Shown one piece after another: positions 49,455 to 62,100 of a DNA stretch of 64,000 nucleotides. How positions within the stretch are numbered: position 1 is the first letter of the stretch; each line of letters starts with the position of its first letter. The DNA comes from Eledone cirrhosa (Eukaryota), in contig OZ024741.1 of NCBI GenBank assembly GCA_964016885.1, forward strand, positions 8,804,001-8,868,000. The letters run 5' to 3'. The position numbers and the translations under genes are program-made. The notes beneath the pieces were generated by a model. That model did no database searches. It saw only the letters and a program-made list of their open reading frames with translations, and was not told the DNA's origin.

Positions 49455-51160
49455 CTATCTTCCAGCCACTCTGTCTTCCAGCCACTCTGTCTGTATATCA
49501 GTTTGTCTCCCAGCCACTCTGTCTTACAACAGCCACTCTGTCTGTTTATCCGTCTGTCTTCTAGCCTCTCTGTCTTCCAGCCTCTCTGTCTGTATATCAG
49601 TCTGTCTTCCAGCCTCTCTGTCTTCCAGCCACTCTGTGTTCCAGCCAATCCGTCTGTATATCAGTCTGTCTTCCAGCCTCTCTGTCTGTATATCAGTCTG
49701 TCTTCCAGCCACACTGTTTTCCAGCCACTCTGTCTTCCAGCCACTCTCTCTTCCAGCCTCTCTGTCTTCCAGCCACTCTCTCTTCCAGCCTCTCTGTCTT
49801 CCAGCCACTCTGTTTTCCAGCCACTCTCTCTTCCAGCTACTCTGTCTGTATATCAGTCTGTCTTCCAGCCTCTCTGTCTTCCAGCCTCTCTGTCTGTATA
49901 TCAGTCTGTCTTTTAGTTTTTCTGTCTTCCAGCCACTCTGTGTTCCAGCCACTCTCTCTGTATATCAGTCTGTCTTCCAGCCTCTCTGTCTTCCAGCCTC
50001 TCTGTCTGTATATGAGTCTGTCTTCCAGCCTCACTGTCTTCCAGCCATTCTGTCTTCCAGACTCTCTGTCTTCCAGCCTCCCTGTCTTCCAGCCACTCTG
50101 TCTGTATATCAGACTGTATTCCTGCCTCTCTGTCTTCCAGCCACTCTGTCTTCCAGCCACTGTGTCTTCCAGCCATTCTCTCTTCCAGCCTCTCTGTCTT
50201 CCAGCCACTCTCTCCTCCAGCCTCTCTGTCTTCCAACCACTCTGTCTGTATATCAGTCTGTCTTCCAAACTCTCTCTCTTCCAGCCTCTCTGTCTTCCAG
50301 CCACTCTGTCTTCCAGCCACTCTGTCTGTATATCAGTCTGTCTTCCTGCCCCTCGGTCTTCCAGCCACTCTCTCTGTATATCAGTCTGTCCTCCGGCCTC
50401 TCTGTTTTCCAGACTCTCTGTCTGTATATCAGTCTGTCTTCCAGCCTCTCTGTCTTCCAGCCACTCTGTCTTCCAGCCACCCTGTCTTCCAAGCAGTCTG
50501 TCTTCCAGCCACTCTGTCTTCCAGCCTCTCTGTCTTCCATCCACTCTGTCTTCCAGCCACTCTGTCTGTATATCAGTCTGTCTTCCAACCTCTCTGTCTG
50601 TATATCAGTCTGTCTTGCAGCCTCTCTGTCTTCCAGCCATTCTGTCTTCCAGCCACTCTGTCTTCCAGCCAGTCTGTCATCCAGACACTCTGTCTACCAG
50701 CCTCTCTGTCTTCCAGCCACTCTGTCTTCCAGCCTCTCTGTCTTCCAGCCACTCTGTCTTCCAGCCTCTCTGTCTTCCAGCCTCTCTGCCTTCCAGCCAC
50801 ACAGTCTGTATATCAGACTGTCTTCCAGCCCCTCTGTCTTCCAGCCTCTCTGTCTTCCAGCCACTCTGTCTTCCAGCCGGTCTGTCATCCGGCCACTCTG
50901 TCTTCCAGCCTCTCTGTCTTCCAGCCACTCTGTCTTCCAGACTTTCTGTCTTCCAGCCACACTGTCTGTATATCAGACTGTCTTCCAGCCTATCTGTCTT
51001 CCAGCCTCTCTGTCTTCCAGCCACTCTGTCTTCCAGCCACTCTGTCTGTATATCACACTGTCTTCCAGCCTGTCTGTCTACCAGCCTCTCTGTCTTACCA
51101 GCTTCTCTGTCTTCCAGACTCTCTGTCTGTATATCAGTCTGTCTTCCAGCCTCTCTGTCT
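49455..51160. repeat. ~1.7-kb block with a second copy at ~56950-58750 (offset 7493-7589)
   Basis: ORF offsets are 7493 (49503/56996, 49524/57017, 49940/57433) and 7589 (50253/57842, 50573/58162). Both copies carry the 19-bp monomer CTCTGTCTTACAACAGCCA and the CTTTTAGTTTTTCTG variant. Confidence 0.85.
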
Positions 51161-51605
51161 TCCAGCCACTCTGTCTCTATATCAGTCTGTCTTCCAGCCT
51201 CTCTGTCTGTATATCAGTCTGTATTCTAGCCTCTCTGTCTTCCAGCCACACTGTGTTCCAGCCACTCTGTCTTCCAGACTCTCTGTCTTCTAGCCTCCCT
51301 GTCTTCCAGCCACTCTGTCTTCCAAACTCTCTGTCTTCCAGACACTCTGTCTTCCAGCCTTTCTGTCTTCCAGCCACACTGTCTGTATATCAGACTGTCT
51401 TCCAGCCTATCTGACTTCCAGGCTCTCTGTCTTCCAGCCACTCTGTCTTCCAGCCACTCTGTCTGTATATCAGACTATCTTCCAGCCTCTCTGTCTACCA
51501 GCCTCTCTGTCTTCCAGCCTCTCTGTCTTCCAGCCACTCTGTCTTCTAGCCTCCCTGTCTTCCAGCCTCTCTGTCTTCCAGTCACTCTGTCTTCCAGCCA
51601 CTCTC

Positions 51606-54600
51606 TCTTCCAGACTCTCTGTCTTCCAGCCACTCTCTCTTCCAGCCTCTCTGTCTTCCACCACTCTGTCTTCCAGCCACTCTGTCTTCCAGCCAATCTG
51701 TCTGTATATCAGTCTGTCTTCCAGCCTCTCTCTCTATATATCAGTCTGTCTTCTAGCCTCTCTGTCTTCCAGCCACACTGTGTTCCAGCCACTCTGTCTT
51801 CCAGCCTCTCTGTCTGTATATCAGTCTGTCTTCCTGCCTCACTGTCTTCCAAACATTCTGTCTTCCAGACTCTCTGTCTTCTAGCCTCCCTGTCTTCCAG
51901 CCACTCTGTCTGTATATCAGAATGTCTTCCAGCCTCTCTGTCTTCCAGACTCTCTGTCTGTATATCAGTCTGTCTTCCAGCCTCTCTGTCTTCCAGCCAC
52001 TCTGTCTTCCAGCCTCTCTGTCTTCCAGCCACTCTGTCTTCTAGCCTCTCTGTCTTTCAGCCTCTCTGTCTTCCAGCCACTCTGTCTTCCAGCCACTCTG
52101 TCTTCCAGCCACTCTGTCTGTATATCAGTCTGTCTTCCAACCTCTCTGTCTGTATATCAGTCTGTCTTGCAGCCTCTCTGTCTTCCAGCCTCTCTGACTT
52201 CCAGCCTCTCTGTATTCCAGCCTCTCTGTCTTCCAGCCTCTCTGTATTCCAGCCTCTCTGTCTTCCAGCCACTCTGTCTGTATATCAGTCTGTCTTCCAG
52301 CCTCTCTGTCTGTATATCAGTCTGTCTTCCAGCCTCTCTGTCTTCCAGCCTCTCTGTCTTCCAGTCTCTCTGTCTTCTAGCCACTCTGTCTTCCAGCCAC
52401 TCTGTCTTCCAGCCACTCTGTCTTCCAGCCACTCTGTCTGTATATCAGTCTGTCTTCCAGCCTCTCTGTCTGTATATCAGTCTGTCTTCCAGCCTCTCTG
52501 TCTTCCAGCCTCTCTGTCTTCCAGTCTCTCTGTCTTCTAGCCACTCTGTCTTCCAGCCACTCTGTCTGTATATCAGTTTGTCTCCCAGCCACTCTGTCTT
52601 ACAGCCACTCTGTCTGTTTATCCGTCTGTCTTCTAGCCTCTCTGTCTTCCAGCCTCTCTGTCTGTATATCAGTCTGTCTTCCAGCCTCTCTGTCTTCCAG
52701 CCACTCTGTGTTCCAGCCAATCTGTCTGTATATCAGTCTGTCTTCCAGCCTCTCTGTCTGTATATCAGTCTGTCTTCCAACCACACTGTTTTCCAGCCAC
52801 TCTGTCTTCCAGCCACTCTCTCTTCCAGCCTCTCTGTCTTCCAGCCACTCTCTCTTCCAGCCTCTCTGTCTTCCAGCCACTCTGTCTTCCAGCCACTCTG
52901 TCTTCCAGCTACTCTGTCTGTATATCAGTCTGTCTTCCAGCCTCTCTGTCTTCCAGCCTCTCTGTCTGTATATGAGTCTGTCTTCCAGCCTCACTGTCTT
53001 CCAGCCATTCTGTCTTCCAGATTCTCTGTCTTCCAGCCTCCCTGTCTTCCAGCCACTCTGTCTGTATATCAGACTGTATTCCTGCCTCTCTGTCTTCCAG
53101 CCACTCTGTCTTCCAGCCCCTCTGTCTGTATATCAGTCTGTCTTCCAGCCACACTGTCTTCCAGCCGCTGTGTCTTCCAGCCATTCTCTCTTCCAGCCTC
53201 TCTGTCTTCCAGCCACTCTCTCCTCCAGCCTCCCTGTCTTCCAGCCTCTCTGTCTTCCACCACTCTGTCTTCCAGCCACTCTGTCTTCCAGCCAATCTGT
53301 CTGTATATCAGTCTGTCTTCCAGCCTCTCTGTCTGTATATCAGTCTGTCTTCTAGCCTCTCTGTCTTCCAGCCACACTGTGTTCCAGCCACTCTGTCTTC
53401 CAGCCTCTCTGTCTGTATATCAGCCTGTCTTCCTGCCTCACTGTCTTCCAAACATTCTGTCTTCCAGACTCTCTGTCTTCTAGCCTCCCTGTCTTCCAGC
53501 CACTCTGTCTGTATATCAGAATGTCTTCCAGCCTCTCTGTCTTCCAGCCACTCGGTCTTCCAGCCCCACTGTCTGTATATCAGTCTCTGTTTCAGCCACA
53601 CTGTCTTCCAGCCACTCTCTCCTCCAGCCTCTCTGTCTTACAACCACTCTGTCTGTATATCAGTCTGTCTTCCAGCCTCTCTGTCTTCCAGCCTCTCTGT
53701 CTTCCAGCCACTCTCTCTGTATATCAGTCTGTCTTCCAGCCTCTCTGTCTTCCAGACTCTCTGTCTGTATATCAGTCTGTCTTCCTGCCACTCTGTCTTC
53801 CAGCCACTCTCTCTGTATATCAGTCTGTCTTCCAGACTCTCTGTCTGTATATCAGTCTGTCTTCCAGCCTCTCTGTCTTCCAGACTCTCTGTCTTCCAGC
53901 CACTCTCTCTTCCAGCCTCTCTGTCTTCCACCACTCTGTCTTCCAGCCACTCTGTCTTCCAGCCAATCTGTCTGTATATCAGTCTGTCTTCCAGCCTCTC
54001 TCTCTATATATCAGTCTGTCTTCTAGCCTCTCTGTCTTCCAGCCACACTGTGTTCCAGCCACTCTGTCTTCCAGCCTCTCTGTCTGTATATCAGTCTGTC
54101 TTCCTGCCTCACTGTCTTCCAAACATTCTGTCTTCCAGACTCTCTGTCTTCTAGCCTCCCTGTCTTCCAGCCACTCTGTCTGTATATCAGAATGTCTTCC
54201 AGCCTCTCTGTCTTCCAGACTCTCTGTCTGTATATCAGTCTGTCTTCCAGCCTCTCTGTCTTCCAGCCACTCTGTCTTCCAGCCTCTCTGTCTTCCAGCC
54301 ACTCTGTCTTCTAGCCTCTCTGTCTTTCAGCCTCTCTGTCTTCCAGCCACTCTGTCTTCCAGCCACTCTGTCTTCCAGCCACTCTGTCTGTATATCAGTC
54401 TGTCTTCCAACCTCTCTGTCTGTATATCAGTCTGTCTTGCAGCCTCTCTGTCTTCCAGCCTCTCTGACTTCCAGCCTCTCTGTATTCCAGCCTCTCTGTC
54501 TTCCAGCCTCTCTGTATTCCAGCCTCTCTGTCTTCCAGCCACTCTGTCTGTATATCAGTCTGTCTTCCAGCCTCTCTGTCTGTATATCAGTCTGTCTTCC

Positions 54601-56153
54601 AGCCTCTCTGTCTTCCAGCCTCTCTGTCTTCCAGTCTCTCTGTCTTCTAGCCACTCTGTCTTCCAGCCACTCTGTCTTCCAGCCACTCTGTCTTCCAGCC
54701 ACTCTGTCTGTATATCAGTCTGTCTTCCAGCCTCTCTGTCTGTATATCAGTCTGTCTTCCAGCCTCTCTGTCTTCCAGCCTCTCTGTCTTCCAGTCTCTC
54801 TGTCTTCTAGCCACTCTGTCTTCCAGCCACTCTGTCTGTATATCAGTTTGTCTCCCAGCCACTCTGTCTTACAGCCACTCTGTCTGTTTATCCGTCTGTC
54901 TTCTAGCCTCTCTGTCTTCCAGCCTCTCTGTCTGTATATCAGTCTGTCTTCCAGCCTCTCTGTCTTCCAGCCACTCTGTGTTCCAGCCAATCTGTCTGTA
55001 TATCAGTCTGTCTTCCAGCCTCTCTGTCTGTATATCAGTCTGTCTTCCAACCACACTGTTTTCCAGCCACTCTGTCTTCCAGCCACTCTCTCTTCCAGCC
55101 TCTCTGTCTTCCAGCCACTCTCTCTTCCAGCCTCTCTGTCTTCCAGCCACTCTGTCTTCCAGCCACTCTGTCTTCCAGCTACTCTGTCTGTATATCAGTC
55201 TGTCTTCCAGCCTCTCTGTCTTCCAGCCTCTCTGTCTGTATATGAGTCTGTCTTCCAGCCTCACTGTCTTCCAGCCATTCTGTCTTCCAGATTCTCTGTC
55301 TTCCAGCCTCCCTGTCTTCCAGCCACTCTGTCTGTATATCAGACTGTATTCCTGCCTCTCTGTCTTCCAGCCACTCTGTCTTCCAGCCCCTCTGTCTGTA
55401 TATCAGTCTGTCTTCCAGCCACACTGTCTTCCAGCCGCTGTGTCTTCCAGCCATTCTCTCTTCCAGCCTCTCTGTCTTCCAGCCACTCTCTCCTCCAGCC
55501 TCCCTGTCTTCCAGCCTCTCTGTCTTCCACCACTCTGTCTTCCAGCCACTCTGTCTTCCAGCCAATCTGTCTGTATATCAGTCTGTCTTCCAGCCTCTCT
55601 GTCTGTATATCAGTCTGTCTTCTAGCCTCTCTGTCTTCCAGCCACACTGTGTTCCAGCCACTCTGTCTTCCAGCCTCTCTGTCTGTATATCAGCCTGTCT
55701 TCCTGCCTCACTGTCTTCCAAACATTCTGTCTTCCAGACTCTCTGTCTTCTAGCCTCCCTGTCTTCCAGCCACTCTGTCTGTATATCAGAATGTCTTCCA
55801 GCCTCTCTGTCTTCCAGCCACTCGGTCTTCCAGCCCCACTGTCTGTATATCAGTCTCTGTTTCAGCCACACTGTCTTCCAGCCACTCTCTCCTCCAGCCT
55901 CTCTGTCTTACAACCACTCTGTCTGTATATCAGTCTGTCTTCCAGCCTCTCTGTCTTCCAGCCTCTCTGTCTTCCAGCCACTCTCTCTGTATATCAGTCT
56001 GTCTTCCAGCCTCTCTGTCTTCCAGACTCTCTGTCTGTATATCAGTCTGTCTTCCTGCCACTCTGTCTTCCAGCCACTCTCTCTGTATATCAGTCTGTCT
56101 TCCAGACTCTCTGTCTGTATATCAGTCTGTCTTCCAGCCTCTCTGTCTTCCAG
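51606..56153. repeat. Apparently perfect tandem duplication of a 2270-bp block (142 monomers, two of them 15-mers)
   Basis: Constant ORF offset of 2270 with identical translations (51709/53979, 52167/54437, 52708/54978, 53308/55578). Confidence 0.9.
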
Positions 56154-59100
56154 CCACTCTGTCTTCCAGCCTCTCTTCTCTGTCTTCCAGCCACTCTGTC
56201 TTCTAGCCTCTCTGTCTTCCAGCCTCTCTGTCTTCCAGCCACTCTGTCTTCCAGCCACTCTGTCTTCCAGCCACTCTGTCTGTATATCAGTCTGTCTTCC
56301 AACCTCTCTGTCTGTATATCAGTCTGTCTTGCAGCCTCTCTGTCTTCCAGCCATTCTGACTTCCAGCCACTCGGTCTTCCAGCCTCTCTCTCTTCTAGCC
56401 TCTCTGTCTTCCTGCCTCTCTGTCTTTCAGCCACTCTGTCTGTATATTAGTCTGTCTTCGAGCCTCTCTGTCTTCCAGCCACTCTGTCTTCCAGTCACTC
56501 TGTCTGTATATCAGAATGTCTTCCAGCCTCTCTGTCTTCCAGCCTCTCTGACTTCCAGCCTCTCTGTATTCCAGCCTCTCTGTCTTCCAGCCTCTCTGTA
56601 TTCCAGCCTCTCTGTCTTCCAGCCTCTTTGTCTTTATATCAGTCTCTCTTCCAGCCTCTCTGTCTTCCAGCCACTCTGTCTTCCAGCCACTCTGTCTTCC
56701 AGCCACTCTGTCTGTATATCAGTCTGTCTTCCAGCCTCTCTGTCTGTATATCAGTCTGTCTTCCAGCCTCTCTGTCTTCCAGCCTCTCTGTCTTCCAGTC
56801 TCTCTGTCTTCTAGCCACTCTGTCTTCCAGCCTCTCTGTCTTCCAGTTTCTCTGTCTGTATATCAGTCTGTCTTCCAGCCTCTCTGTCTTCCAGTCTCTC
56901 TGTCTTCTAGCCACTCTGTCTTCCAGCCGCACTGTCTTCCCGCCTCTATATCTTCCAGCCACTCTGTCTTCCAGCCACTCTGTCTGTATATCAGTTTGTC
57001 TCCCAGCCACTCTGTCTTACAACAGCCACTCTGTCTGTTTATCCGTCTGTCTTCTAGCCTCTCTGTCTTCCAGCCTCTCTGTCTGTATATCAGTCTGTCT
57101 TCCAGCCTCTCTGTCTTCCAGCCACTCTGTGTTCCAGCCAATCCGTCTGTATATCAGTCTGTCTTCCAGCCTCTCTGTCTGTATATCAGTCTGTCTTCCA
57201 GCCACACTGTTTTCCAGCCACTCTGTCTTCCAGCCACTCTCTCTTCCAGCCTCTCTGTCTTCCAGCCACTCTCTCTTCCAGCCTCTCTGTCGTCCAGCCA
57301 CTCTGTTTTCCAGCCACTCTCTCTTCCAGCTACTCTGTCTGTATATCAGTCTGTCTTCCAGCCTCTCTGTCTTCCAGCCTCTCTGTCTGTATATCAGTCT
57401 GTCTTTTAGTTTTTCTGTCTTCCAGCCACTCTGTGTTCCAGCCACTCTCTCTGTATATCAGTCTGTCTTCCAGCCTCTCTGTCTTCCAGCCTCTCTGTCT
57501 GTATATGAGTCTGTCTTCCAGCCTCACTGTCTTCCAGCCATTCTGTCTTCCAGACTCTCTGTATTCCAGCCTCCCTGTCTTCCAGCCACTCTGTCTGTAT
57601 ATCAGACTGTATTCCTGCCTCTCTGTCTTCCAGCCACTCTGTCTTCCAGCCCCTCTGTCTGTATATCAGTCTGTCTTCCAGCCACACTGTCTTGCAGCCA
57701 CTGTGTCTTCCAGCCATTCTCTCTTCCAGCCTCACTGTCTTCCAGCCATTCTGTCTTCCAGCCATTCTCTCTTCCAGCCTCTCTGTCTTCCAGCCACTCT
57801 CTCCTCCAGCCTCTCTGTCTTCCAACCACTCTGTCTGTATATCAGTCTGTCTTCCAACCTCTCTGTCTTCCAGCCTCTCTGTCTTCCAGCCACTCTGTCT
57901 TCCAGCCACTCTGTCTGTATATCAGTCTGTCTTCCTGCCCCTCGGTCTTCCAGCCACTCTCTCTGTATATCAGTCTGTCCTCCGGCCTCTCTGTTTTCCA
58001 GACTCTCTGTCTGTATATCAGTCTGTCTTCCAGCCTCTCTGTCTTCCAGCCACTCTGTCTTCCAGCCACCCCGTCTTCCAAGCAGTCTGTCTTCCAGCCA
58101 CTCTGTCTTCCAGCCTCTCTGTCTTCCATCCACTCTGTCTTCCAGCCACTCTGTCTGTATATCAGTCTGTCTTCCAACCTCTCTGACTGTATATCAGTCT
58201 GTCTTGCAGCCTCTCTGTCTTCCAGCCATTCTGTCTTCCAACCACTCTGTCTTCCAGCCAGTCTGTCATCCAGACACTCTGTCTACCAGCCTCTCTGTCT
58301 TCCAGCCACTCTGTCTTCCAGCCTCTCTGTCTTCCAGCCACTCTGTCTTCCAGCCTCTCTGTCTTCCAGCCTCTCTGCCTTCCAGCCACACAGTCTGTAT
58401 ATCAGACTGTCTTCCAGCCCCTCTGTCTTCCAGCCTCTCTGTATTCCAGCCACTCTGTCTTCCAGCCACTCTGTCTTCCAGCCGGTCTGTCATCCGGCCA
58501 CTCTGTCTTCCAGCCTCTCTGTCTTCCAGCCACTCTGTCTTCCAGACTTTCTGTCTTCCAGCCACACTGTCTGTATATCAGACTGTCTTCCAGCCTATCT
58601 GTCTTCCAGCCTCTCTGTCTTCCAGCCACTCTGTCTGTATATCACACTGTCTTCCAGCCTCTCTGTCTACCAGCCTCTCTGTCTTACCAGCTTCTCTGTC
58701 TTCCAGACTCTCTGTCTGTATATCAGTCTGTCTTCCAGCCTCTCTGTCTTTCAACCACTCTCTCTTCCAGCCTCTCTGTCTTCCAGCCACTCTGTCTTCC
58801 AGCCACTCTGTCATTCAGCCACTCTGTCTGTATATCAGTCTGTCTTCCAACCTCTCTGTCTTCCAGCCACTCTGTCTTCCAGCCACTCTCTCTTCCAGCC
58901 TCTCTGTATTCCAGTCTCTCTGTCTTCCAGCCACTCTGACTGTATATTGGTCTGTCTCCGAACCTCTCTGTCTTCCAGCCACTCTGTCTTCCAGCCACTC
59001 TGTCTGTATATCAGTCTGTCTTCCAGCCTCTCTGTCTGTATATCAGTCTGTCTTCCAGCCTCACTGTCTTCCAGCCACTCTGTCTTCTAGCCTCCCTGTC

Positions 59101-62100
59101 GTCCAGCCTCTCTGTCTTCCAGCCACTCTGTCTGTATATCAGTCTGTCTTCCAGCCTCTCTGTCTTCCAGCCACTCTGTCTTCTAGCCTCCCTGTCGTCC
59201 AGCCTCTCTTTCTTCCAGTCACTCTGTCTTCCAGCCACTCTCTTCCAGACTCTCTGTCTTCCAGCCACTCTCTCTTCCAGCCTCCCTGTCTTCCAGCCAC
59301 TCTGTCTTCCAGCCACTCTGTCTTCCAGCCACTCTGTCTGTATATCAGTCTGTCTTCCAGCCTCTCCGTCTGTATATCAGTCTGTCTTCCAGCCTGTCTG
59401 TCTTCCAGCCTCTCTGTCTTCCAGACTCTCTGTCTGTATATCAGTCTGTCTTCCAGCCTCTCTGTCTTCCAGCCACACTGTGTTCCAGCCACTCTGTCTT
59501 CCAGCCTCTCTGTCTGTAGGTCAGTCTGTCTTCCTGCCTCACTGTCTTCCAGCCATTCTGTCTTCCAGACTCTCTGTCTTCTAGCCTCCCTGTCTTCCAG
59601 CCACTCTGTCTTCCAGCCACTCTGTCTGTATATCAGACTGACTGCCAGCCTCTCTGTCTTACAGCTTCTCTGTCTTCCAGCCTCTCTGTCTGTATATCAG
59701 TCTGTCTTCCACCCTCTCTGTCTTCCAGCCACTCTGTCTTCCGGCCAGTCTGTCATCTAGCCACTCTGTCTTCCAAACTCTCTGTCTTCCAGACACTCTG
59801 TCTTCCAGCCTTTCTGTCTTCCAGCCACACTGTCTGTATATCAGATTGTCTTCCAGCCTATCTGACTTCCAGGCTCTCTGTCTTCCAGCCACTCTGTCTT
59901 CCAGCCATTCTGTCTGTATATCAGACTGTCTTCCAGCCTCTCTGTCTACCAGCCTCTCTGTCTTCCAGCTTCTCTGTCTTCCATCCACTCTGTCTGTATA
60001 TCAGTCTGTCTTCCAGCCTCTCTGTCTTCCAGCCACTATGTCTCCCAGCCACTCTGTCTGTATATCAGTCTGTCTTCCAGCCTCTCTGTCTTCCAGCCAC
60101 TCTGTCTTCTAGCCTCCCTGTCTTCCAGCCTCTCTGTCTTCCAGTCACTCTGTCTTCCAGCCACTCTCTCTTCCAGACTCTCTGTCTTCCAGCCACTCTC
60201 TCTTCCAGCCTCTCTGTCTTCCACCACTCTGTCTTCCAGCCGCTCTGTCTTCCAGCCACTCTGTCTGTATATCAGTCTGTCTTCCAGCCTCTCTGTCTGT
60301 ATATCAGTCTGTCTTCTAGCCTCTCTGTCTTCCAGCCACACTGTGTTCCTGCCACTCTGTCTTCCAGCCTCTCTGTCTGTATATCAGTCTGTCTTCCTGC
60401 CTCACTGTCTTCCAAACATTCTGTCTTCCAGACTCTCTGTCTTCTAGCCTCCCTGTCTTCCAGCCACTCTGTCTGTATATCAGAATGTCTTCCAGCCACT
60501 CGGTCTTCCAGCCCCTCTGTCTGTATATCAGTCTCTCTTTCAGCCACACTGTCTTCCAGCCACACTGTCTTCCAGCCATTCTCTCTTCCAACCTCTTTGT
60601 CTTCCAGCCACTCTCTCCTCCAGCCTCTCTGTCTTCCAACCACTCTGTCTGTATATCAGTCTGTTTTCCAGCCTCTCTGTCTTCCAGCCTCTCTGTCTTC
60701 CAGCCTCTCTGTCTTCCAGCCACTCTCTCTGTATATCAGTCTGACTTCCAGCCTCTCTGTCTTCCAGACTCTCTGTCTGTATATCAGTCTGTCTTACTGC
60801 CACTCTGTCCTCCAGCCACTCTCTCTGTATATCAGTCTGTCTTCCATCCTCTCTTTCTTCCAGACTCTCTGTCTGTATATCAGTCTGTCTTCCAGCCTCT
60901 CTGTCTTCCAGCCACTCTGTCTTCTAGCCACCCTCTCTTCCAAGCAGTCTGTCTTCCAGTCACTCTGTCTTCCAGCCTCTCTGTCTTCCAGCCACTCTGT
61001 CTTCTAGCCTCTCTGTCTTCCAGCCTCTCTGTCTTCCAGCCGCTTTGTCTTCCAGCCACTCTGTCTTCCAGCCACTCTGTCTTCCAGCCACTCTGTCTGT
61101 ATATCAGTCTGTCTTCCAACCTCTCTGTCTGTATATCAGTCTGTCTTGCAGCCTCTCTGTCTTCCAGCCATTCTGTCTTCCAGCCACTCTGTCTTCCAGC
61201 CAGTCTGTCATCCAGCCACTCGGTCTTCCAGCCTCTCTGTCTTCCAGCCTCTCTGTCTTCCCGCCTCTCTGACTTTCAGCCACTCTGTCTGTATATCAGA
61301 CTGTCTTCCAGCCTCTCTGTCTTCCAGCCTCTCTGACTTCCAGCCTCTCTGTATTCCAGCCTCTCTGTCTTCCAGCCTCTCTGTATTCCAGCCTCTCTGT
61401 CTTCCAGCCTTTCTGTCTGTATATCAGTCTCTCTTCCAGCCTCTCTGTCTTCCAGCCACTCTGTCTTCCAGCCACTCTGTCTGTATATCAGTCTGTCTTC
61501 CAGCATCTCTGTCTGTATATCAGTCTGTCTTCCAGCCTCTCTGTCTTCCAGCCTCTCTGTCTTCCAGTCTCTCTGTCTTCTAGCCACTCTGTCTTCCAGC
61601 CTCTCTGTCTTTCAGTCTCTCTGTCTGTATATCAGTCTGTCTTCCAGCCACTCTGTCTTCCAGTTTCTCTGTCTGTATATCGGTCTGTCTTCCAACCACT
61701 CTGTCTTCCAACCGCACTGTCTTCCAGCCTCTCCATCTTCCAGCCACTCTGTCTTCCAGCCACTCTGTCTATATATCAGTCTGTCTTCCAGCCACTCTGT
61801 CTTACAGTCACTCTGTCTGTTTATCCGTCTGTCTTCTAGCCTCTCTGTCTTCCAGCCTCTCTGTCTGTATATCAGTCTGTCTTCCAGCCTCTCTGTCTTC
61901 CAACCACTCTGTGTTCCAGCCAATCTGTCTGTATATCATTCTGTCTTCCAGCCTCTCTGTCTGTATATCAGTCTGTCTTCCAGCCTCTCTGTCTTCCAGC
62001 CCCTCTGTCTTCCAGCCTCTCTGTCTTCCAGCCTCTCTGTCTTCCAGCCACTCTGTCTTCCAGCCACACTGTCTTCCAGCGACTCTGTCTTCCAGCCTCT

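Noticed and set aside
15953-59760. Long + strand ORFs of 775-841 aa (15953..18298, 26269..28794, 56628..59090, 57433..59760) and all other + ORFs with SSSHSVFQPLCLPATL repeats
   Set aside because: The consensus monomers have no stop codon on + in any frame. Because 16 mod 3 = 1, all three frames give the same cyclic peptide. ORFs overlap in every frame, mostly start at GTG or TTG, end at sporadic variants and show no domain or frame preference.
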